This document shows, piece by piece, positions 55,501 through 64,000 of a stretch of 64,000 nucleotides of DNA. Below the pieces are notes generated by a model. It was not told the origin of the DNA and searched no databases. It saw only the letters and a list, made by a program, of their open reading frames with translations. The translations under genes were made by a program, and so were the position numbers. The first letter of the stretch is position 1. Every line of letters starts with the position of its first letter. Source of the stretch: Callorhinchus milii (lineage: Eukaryota); assembly GCF_018977255.1 (NCBI RefSeq), contig NW_024704764.1:7440001-7504000 (forward strand). The letters are read 5' to 3'.

Positions 55501-56391
55501 CCCACAAAGTACACAATGCGCACTTTACGGTATATCATGTGAAGCGCTTTTAAACGATTCGATGAAGCGATAAGGAGCTAAAATCGAATGCAAGGATTAT
55601 TATTATCACATCCTCGAGAACAGCTTAAAGCGCTTCACAGGATATACCGTAAAGTGGTGTAACTGTGTGTCTTTTGTGGGAGAAATACACATACTACTGC
55701 AAGTTCTTAACTATTAATTTGATTTACCTCAAACCGTGGGTGTTAAAACCCTTTACAAGCAGGTCATAGAACTATAGAGCAATTTCATTAATCATTGACC
55801 TATATTACTGCTGGGGTGAGTTTCTCTTCACTGAAGTTACTGTGAAGTGTAGTGATTGTGCATTTGTACACAAATGTGACAGCCAACTTTTCACACAGCC
55901 ATGTCCCACAAACAGCCCAGAAGCGAGTGACCAATCTTATTTGCCAGATTGTTGGTCAGGACACCAGGAGAAACTCGCTTCCCTTTTTGAATAGCATCAT
56001 CGGATCTTTAATGTCCATCTGAACAGACAGGACCTCGGTTTAGTGTCTCGTCCAAAGGAGGACACCTCCAGCAGTGTCAGCCTAGATTGTGAAGGGTGAG
56101 ATATAATGTACCTACAGCTGGGAAATTGACAGCACGTTGACCTAAGTGGTAGTGACAAGTTAAGCCCGTGTCAAGTTATCAGGAGTTTACTGTAGTTTCA
56201 AGTCGTTGTTTTGGTGCAAATACCGCAGGAAACTCCTGCGTTTTATTTATTCTAGAAAGATTACGTGAAAGAACGTAACAGCCTCGACTCTAGTTTCATT
56301 CGGTGTGGAGTAAATTCCATCCCCTCTGTAGCAATAAGTTTTCTTTTAGGAAAAATGATATGATCAGTATTCTTGTGGGACATAGTTTGGA

Positions 56392-56737
56392 ACAGTGGTG
56401 AGAGCACTCGCCTCGCCAGCGGGAGACCTGGGTTCCATTCCGGGCAGGGCGAGATGTTGGGCAGGTTTCCTTACTGTTTACTTAGCAGTACGTAGGAACC
56501 CAGTTGTTAGTCGATTGGTGGATCACTTTTCCGGGGATAAAAATTCCTCCCCCCAAAAATTATTTGGTCACTCAGCCCACGAGTGTTTCATGGGGACGCT
56601 GCTGTGCGCAATTGGCTGCTGCGTTTCGCCCACAAATACACAGTCAATTCACTTTACAGTATATTCTGTGAAGCGCTTTGAGGCGTCTCGAAGACGCGAA
56701 AAGCACTATATCAAACGCAAGGATTATTATTATTATA
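56392..56737 (+). mobile_element. tRNA-derived SINE
   Basis: Head cagtggtgagagcactcgcctcgc through (TTA)n tail. Confidence 0.88.
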
Positions 56738-59057
56738 ATACAACTGTAGCGACTTCTCTTTCGACGGTCATTTGCGACTCCGCTACCCCCTTGTGAAGGG
56801 TTTGTTTTAAGAGGAGGTTTTAGGTTAGTGAACTAAATGAAGTGTAAACACATTTAATCAGAAAACAAAATTTTCCAAAGCGACGAGCGCAATAAGTTAA
56901 AAGCAAACAATCAACTGCATGAAATGGACTTAAGCCCATGGAGAGCATACAGTTTCATGTTTGTATCAAAACGAAAAACAGAACAAGATTTCAGTTGTTA
57001 CTTTATTCAAAGCGAATGACTGTAATGATATTTCTGCATTCTCATGGGGTTTGAACCCACAAAGGAAAATAATATGTGTAATTACAAAGACAGGCCATCT
57101 GGACTCGGTTTGCATTAGACAAACACGCCATCTGGGTCCGCTTTTAATAAGGAGAATTGCAACTCAAGACACCTCTTCAAGAGGACAACGTGCCAACGGA
57201 TTCTCTTTGGAGGAGTTAGATATGTGATTTGAGCTCATTTTAAAAACTTTTTCAAAGCATTACGATTACCTGAAACCCAGGTTTCAGTTTTGATCTGTTT
57301 CTGTTCATATTTGTTTAAATGTTCTTGTTCTAGAGCTAAGTGGCGTTGAGATCTTCTGGGGAATTGGCTGATGGAAGTTAGTTACTGAACCAACCGAGTG
57401 AGGGAGCTGAAATAGCAAATACCTACCATATATGGTTCAAGTGACTTGATCACAAAAGTTCATGATTAATGACTGTTTACACTGTTGGGTACCTGAGTCA
57501 TAATTGTATTGATTCAGCCTCTCTGCCCCCCACCCTCTGGAACCCCATCCCACAGTTCCTCCTCCTCACCACCTCCTTTGCCTCTCTCAAGACCATCCTC
57601 TTCTGTGGCTTCGGTCACCCTCCTACTCCTCCCCTCCCTACCTTCCACCACTCCTGATCCCAACCAGAACCCCGGCATTTGGGATGCCCTCCTGATGTGA
57701 AAGACGCTATAGAAATGTAATTTGTTGTTGTTGATTCAATGCTGATCTTAAAGAATTTAACAACACTTAAGATATTTGCTATAGTCAAAGTAGTTGTATA
57801 ACAGCCATTGCTTGCCGGCGTTGTGGTTAGCGCAGTATGTTATGCTGACAGACCTATTCTGTGCGGTACTAGAAAGCAAACTACTGCCCGTGCTCTCTCA
57901 GGAGTACCAGTTTTGAGAGTTGATGCTCCATCTTCTGCACGGAGCTGACCAAAGATTATTAAAATTCTGTATGCGTCAGGAGTTCGCTAGCCACGCTGGA
58001 GGCAAACCATCTAAACTTTTCTTTTTCACCAGTTTGCCCTGCCAGTTTTCTTGCCTCCTCTCTCAAAGATACTGATTCCATTTTCCTTACCACTGGGGTC
58101 TGTTCTGTGGGTACTGTTGGTTTTCCAGTGCCTTGTCCAAGTGAACATTTTGCATGTACGTGCCTTGACATCAAGTGTCAGTCAATAAGCTATTCCACCG
58201 TAGCTGAGCCCAATCCTCTTCTCACTTGATATCTAGACACATATACCATACGTAGGTCTCGAATGATGCCATTAGACCATGCCAGGAGCTCAGTGACATA
58301 ACCTTATTAAACATACAGGACAATCCTGTTACTGCACGAGTTTTGTTGTAACATTGGTGTCCTTTGGACGTGCAAGCTTGGTGGATGACTTTGTTTCACA
58401 CTTGGAGCACAGGAAATAGTATCTGCCACACATCCTGAGATTACATCAGCAATTGCTTTTTATTCAGGAAACGTGCAGCATGCAGGAATTGAATTTGCGG
58501 CAGCCAATTTAGCTTCATGTCCTATGATAAAAGCGATGTTTTGGGTTTATGAAACCAATCATTATTATGGAATTTTTCCTGCGTAAAACTTAATCGATAT
58601 GGCGATGTATAAGAATTTGCGTAGCAAATAAAAATGACTAAGACGTTGAAATAAAACGTGATCGATTGTCTCCGATTACTATATTCATTCCCTTTTTTTG
58701 TAGTGTACGAAAACAGCACCAACCCGAGTGGGGCGAGTGTACGAAGTGCAGTGTGATTACTTACATTGTGGAGAAAGTTACAAGGAAACCAGTCAGGACT
58801 TGGAAAGGTTGGGTTGTTGGAGATGTTAGATCAGGTATGTGATGACATTCTCCTTGATCTCTGCAGCCTTTGACGCAATCGACCCCTCCATCCTTTCCAT
58901 CACCTGCGCTCCATCTTTCCAGTTCTATCCTATCGGGTCTTCTCTTTGACTCATCTAGTGGCTTCACTTTCCCGCACAGTCACACACCGTGTTCCTCAGG
59001 GCTCTATCCTCAGACTTCTCCTTTTCAGCGTCTGTGTCCTCCTACTTGGTGACATCA

Positions 59058-59420
59058 GTAATAATCCTTGCATTTGATATAGTGCCTCATCGCATCTTCG
59101 AGACGTCTCAAAGAGCTTCACAGAATATACTATAAAGTGAATTGACTGTATATTTTGTGGGTGAAAGGCGGCAGCCAATTGCTCACAGCAGTGTCCCACA
59201 AACAGTCGTGGACTTAAGTGACCAACTTTTTTTTCAAGGAATTATTAACCCCGGAAAAGCGATCCACCAATCGACTAACAACTGAGTTCCTACTTACTGT
59301 TAGGTAAACAGAAGCGTGTGGAGTAAGGAAACCTGCCCAACATTTCGCCCTGCCGGGAATCGAACCCAGGTCTCTCGCTTGCAAGGCGAGTGCTCTAACC
59401 ACTGAACTACAGGACTCCAC
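59058..59420 (-). mobile_element. tRNA-derived SINE, full length
   Basis: Consensus reverse complement, close to 36786-37159. Confidence 0.9.
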
Positions 59421-59600
59421 TGCAGAAACGGGGTTCACTTCCCCCTCCCTTCCTTCTTCAGCTTCCTGCCCCAGCTCAGGGGTGCCAAGCCAGCAACATG
59501 AAGAGCTTTGAGATATTCTCCCAACGTAAAGGTGTTGTGTAAATGTCTTATGTTGCATTTCTTATATTTGTTTAGGATTTTATATATTTATTTCCAGAAT

Positions 59601-59649
59601 ATGACTGATATGGGAGGAGAAGAGACTCAAGAAATGTTTCCGCCAGAAG
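59601..59649 (+). CDS. IKZF3: Ikaros-family zinc finger (probably Aiolos), first coding exon (exon starts 59598)
   Basis: tttccag|aatATG..GAAG|gtaatg. MTDMGGEETQEMFPPE resembles Ikaros N-termini (recalled METEEAQEM / MDADEGQDM). The IKZF3 call rests on synteny with ZPBP2 and ERBB2; no zinc fingers are in the window. Confidence 0.62.
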
Positions 59650-60482
59650 GTAATGCTTACTTGAGTTGAACTACTTTCCAGATACATGGCTGCTTTGACA
59701 AAGGAAGTCCTGTTAAATTATTGTGCCACTAGCAATAGCTAACACCTCGACAGTATAGCAAAGCGTGTATGTCAGAGCAAGAGGTCTGCTTACAGATGGA
59801 AACCACAGATAATGCTATTCTCACTGAGACCAACTCCTCCATTTGGGAGATCAAGATTTCAGCGTGCCAGAAAGGAGATAAATGTAACACTAATTATTAA
59901 AGCTGCAAATAAAACAAGCTATGTCTATTTTAGACTATTACATGAGGACCTCAGGCCTCTGAGCTGAGCTGACTTATATTTCATGCATTTATTTGTGGTG
60001 CTATTGCATTAATTGGTGGTGGAAGACAACCATTAAAATTAATAATAATAAATAATAATAAAACCTTGCCTTTGATGGAATGCTTTTCACGTCAGGAGGG
60101 AGGACGTCTCTAAGTACAGCACAAGCTTTATTGTAAAGTGTCGACTGTGTTTTGTAGGTGAACCCAGCAGCCAATTTGTACACAGCAATGTCCAACAACA
60201 GCCATGGGGTGAATGAGTAATTTTATCTGCTGGGGATTGTTGGGCAGGACACCGGTAGAAGCCAGCACTGCAATAGCGTGCTAGCCGAGACCAATGTGGT
60301 GCTTAAACCCACTAACTTCTGATTTGGAGGCGAGAGTGCTTCATAGTCCTGCTTGAAAAGACAAAACTACTTAGACTTGAAAAGATGGCCTCTTGAACTG
60401 ATGACACCAGTTGAATGAACTTTGAGTTCTTGATTCATTTAACATTTAAATACTTTTCATATTTTAACTTTTTGATGAGCAG

Positions 60483-60599
60483 GTACCAAGGACGTCCCCC
60501 CAGCAACGGAAGACCCAAAGCTGACAGAGAGGACAGACGTATCTGACCCTGCTCCAGAACCAGCTGTCCAGAGCCAGTTTGACACCGACAAGATTACTG
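60483..60599 (+). CDS. IKZF3: Ikaros-family gene, second coding exon
   Basis: Phase 1-1 exon GTKDVPPATEDPKLTERTDVSDPAPEPAVQSQFDTDKIT. GAGCAG tandem acceptor gives 117 or 120 nt; donor gtaagg. Confidence 0.6.
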
Positions 60600-63500
60600 G
60601 TAAGGCAGGCTGTTTTAAAGCGGACAGTACAATAAATTGGACAAAACAACCCATCCACCTCACCAATGAAGAAATAATAATAATAATATTTTCATTTGAT
60701 ATGGATTAATCATCCAATCACTTACACTAACCTGAGGGTTTCCATTACATGCATATTTCAATAAAGTCAATATGCATAGGGCGAAATGTCTTGCGCTATT
60801 TATGTCTTGCATTTTCTCCCCAAATTCCATGAATTTCAAATTATTTTGCCGATAGGGAATTGCATGAAGTTTCTAGCCTTTGGTTGCATATAAATAGTGT
60901 CTTTGAGGGTAAGCGATATTTTGATGGCGCAAAAATCATATGAAAGAGAATCTTAACTGTAGGACGCTAAAATAAATAATCCTTGCATTTGACTTTGTTC
61001 AAAAAGTCTCAGAGACTTTGATAGGAGGTGTATTTGTAGGTGAAAGGGTAGCCAAATGCTCAGCAGTATCCCACAAACAGCAGTGAAGTAAGGAAGATCT
61101 GGAGGACTATTGGCCAGGTTGCCAGTAGAAACTTAATTCCCTCTTGAATCAAGGCGTGGGATCTTTAACGTCCATCTAAACAAGACAGACAGGACTTTGG
61201 TTAATGTGTCATTCAAAGCAAGTCATCTCAGTCAATACAGTGCTCCATTAGCACTGCACAGAGTGTCAGGCTATAAGCTCAAAAGGTCCAATGTGGGAAT
61301 TGAACCCACAACCTCCTCACTCAGAGGCAACAGCACTCACTACCAATTGACTCACGCTGACAGCTAAATATGATTGTTGTGTAGGTCAGGTTGTCGGTGA
61401 GTTCTGGGAAATGGAGACAAACATTTTGCCTGGCTTTCTGGTCACATTTGATTGAAGGAGCGCTACTTCTTTTGTGTTCTGATGTGAATAGAGGCCGAGA
61501 TGGGGATGAAATTAAGCAATCTATGCTAAAGTAGCTTGGCTGCAGATTTCCAGTAAGCGCTGCACAGAATAATAATGATCCTTGCATTTGATATAGCGCC
61601 TTATCACGTCTTCTAGACATTTCAAAGCGCTTCACAGTATATATTGTGAATTTATACAAGTGGGAAAATTCTATGGATGCCTAACTGAGAATCTTTTAAC
61701 AGGAATCTCGTGCTGAACCCAGTAAAAGGGTGGCCTTTAATGCTTGGGGCTCTGACCCCAAATTTATGCTGTTAGAGGGGAATAACCCCTCCTGTTATGC
61801 TTAAACAAGGATATTGGTTTGCGTGGGCTGTTGGAAGAAACAGGAAACCGTAGCAATAAATAACACATTAAGCAGCAAGTCGCTTGAACTTCAGGTAACC
61901 AGAGTTGTCAGAAGCCTTCAGATGGTGGCAAAGTATGTGAAGAATTAAAGATGAAGGATGATCTTTATACCTAATTGTAGTTCATCTGTCTTTTGGTTGT
62001 TGTACTCTGTGTCCTTGTAACTGCTCCATATTAGCACCTGATGTAGAGCTGTGAGGGCTTGTCTGACCAGAATTTAGGGTGAATTGAGCTGTATTTTTTT
62101 TATTGTAGGAGTAACAAACCTATCAAATGGATTGATTGCCAGCGAGGCCAGTAATAACCGCCAGAACTCCTCCCAGGGTTCTGTTAGTGTGACGCTGTGA
62201 GATGTGTGCAACATGCGTTCTCTCCAGAACCTGTTTAGTTTGGGGAAAATGGGTAATAACATGTCAAAGCTCTTTGTAAAGTTGCACGGTTTTCGCTGCT
62301 TACATGGACAGCTGTACATTCAGTTATAGCAAAATGATGCCAGGTATTTAATGTTGCAGTTCAGTATCATTCCTTGAAACCTGTAATCATGACAATCAGT
62401 CACTTTTCTCCCCCTCACCTCCCTCCTGTCCTTACTGCATTTTGTATATGTATATAAAGTACATATTTTATGTTCTTTTTGCGTAGTCACGTTGTTTTAA
62501 AGAGCAAACCAAAAAGTGTGCTCTGTTTGCAGTTTTATTTAAAAAAAATATAATTCAATTGCCATTCATCACATATTGAAATTCTGAATTGGGTTTTGTG
62601 GTCTGACCTTGCTTATGCCACTTCCAGAGTGTCAGTAAGCCAGGTCTTCTGAACCTTGTTGAGCCCGTGTGGTTAGCAGCAGTCCTCCTGGAAACCCCCC
62701 CCTCCTTTCCACGTGCTAGCAATACGAACCCAGGGTGGTTTTAGAACTGCGTCAGACGCTCAAGCATTTAACCGCTATCTTGTCCTCATTGAAACCTAAA
62801 CAGCGATTGCCAGAGTGGAAACTTTTTTTATTTGTAGATTATCATTTATCCTGGGAAAAAAAATCAAATAAAATTAACCTTACGCAAATTATTCCACAAT
62901 ATTTCTGCCTTCGTTGAAAAGTTACTGTGTACATTGAGGTGCAGAATTTGTTGTTTGATTGAATGCATTTTTAAAAATATATTATATATTGTTACATATA
63001 TGTGTGTGTTTACACATAGGCAAAGGCAAAAAGATTATTTCCAGTTATCAGTATCTTTAAGTACTTTCATAGACAGGATATATTTTACATGGTCCATTGC
63101 TATTTGAGCTTATGATGATCCTTCACATTGCCATGGTCAATGAATGGGTTCACCAATGGAGAATTGCTCCATTTAGTGTTGAGTGAGCCTGATTATGTTT
63201 CAGTAATTTGCACCGAAGAGATCTATATTTGGTGTCAACCTGACTCTCACTGTTTCTCACCTCTGAGTCATAAGGTTGTGGGTGCAAGCCCCATATCGGG
63301 TCTTTGAACTTGTCTGTGCAGACACTCCAATACAGGTTTGGGGGTGGGGGGACCACTACGTTGTTGGAACGTTAAACCTGTCTACCTGTTCAGATGAATG
63401 TCACCTTCAAAGCTCTTTACGGTCTTGCTCCTCCCTACCTCTCTGACCTTCTAACTCCATATCAGCCTGTCCGCTCCCTCCGCTTGGTGGACCCCAGCTT

Positions 63501-64000
63501 GCTTCAGTTCCCCCCACTTCCCGCTCCACCATTGGTAGTTGGGCATTCGCTGGTAGCTGGTAGGAATACCAGACAGCTGCTGGTAGCTATCACTAACTGG
63601 TAGGAATACAGTAAGAGAAACCAATTAAGCTATCATCCATTCTAATGTAACATACATTTTTTTAATAAGTATCACTATTGCTGCTGCTCAAATGTGCCAG
63701 TTAGAACCAGCAGCTACACCCACGCATAGATGTGCTTTTGTGTGGATATAGTTTTGTAATGAAATGAATGATTAAGAGGTTCTCACACATGTTGGTTGTT
63801 ACCTTGGTGACTGATGTTCACTGCGGTGTGGGTCATAGGGTTGAATTGCCTGTTATGAAATTTGGTTTATTAAATCAGGGTATGGCTTATGGAATGGAGT
63901 ATCTGTGGGAGTTGGCAGAGCAAAGAACACAGCGATGAGATCTTTTGGCAATTAAGCCCAGGTTTGTTATGACACTGACAGACAAATGGTACATACGAAA

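Noticed and set aside
57790-58290. Possible structured ncRNA or additional element
   Set aside because: Looks like old interspersed-repeat remnants. I could not assign it with support.

Overview
Vertebrate genomic DNA with three N-gaps. The SINE/LINE content suggests a cartilaginous fish (inference). Five protein-coding genes can be reconstructed by hand from GT-AG splice sites and reading frames. (1) ERBB2 (+): 27 exons, 3930-34383, about 1237 aa; the exon 1 donor falls in a gap. (2) An intronless ARF/ARL11-ARL14-like GTPase (-): 38067-38636. (3) A three-coding-exon Brorin/VWC2-family gene (+): 41169-43683. (4) ZPBP2 (-): 8 exons, 44772-51073, 343 aa. (5) The 5' exons of an Ikaros-family gene, probably IKZF3 (+), which shares a CpG-island promoter with ZPBP2 and runs off the window. 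Introns contain a young tRNA-derived SINE, L2 LINEs with a matching 3' tail, CR1 fragments, older Deu-type SINEs and microsatellites. The main highlights are: an apparent third VWC2 paralogue in the ERBB2/ZPBP2/IKZF3 block, where I know of no human counterpart; an unassigned ARF-like gene; unusual ERBB2 residues (Ser at the C805/C797 position, a 1-aa insertion before HRD, an EGFR-like tether His, no PDZ tail); and a palindromic 26-bp minisatellite next to the ERBB2 start that is split by an L2 insertion. Comparisons with human and zebrafish proteins, exon sizes and gene order are from memory, not from a search.
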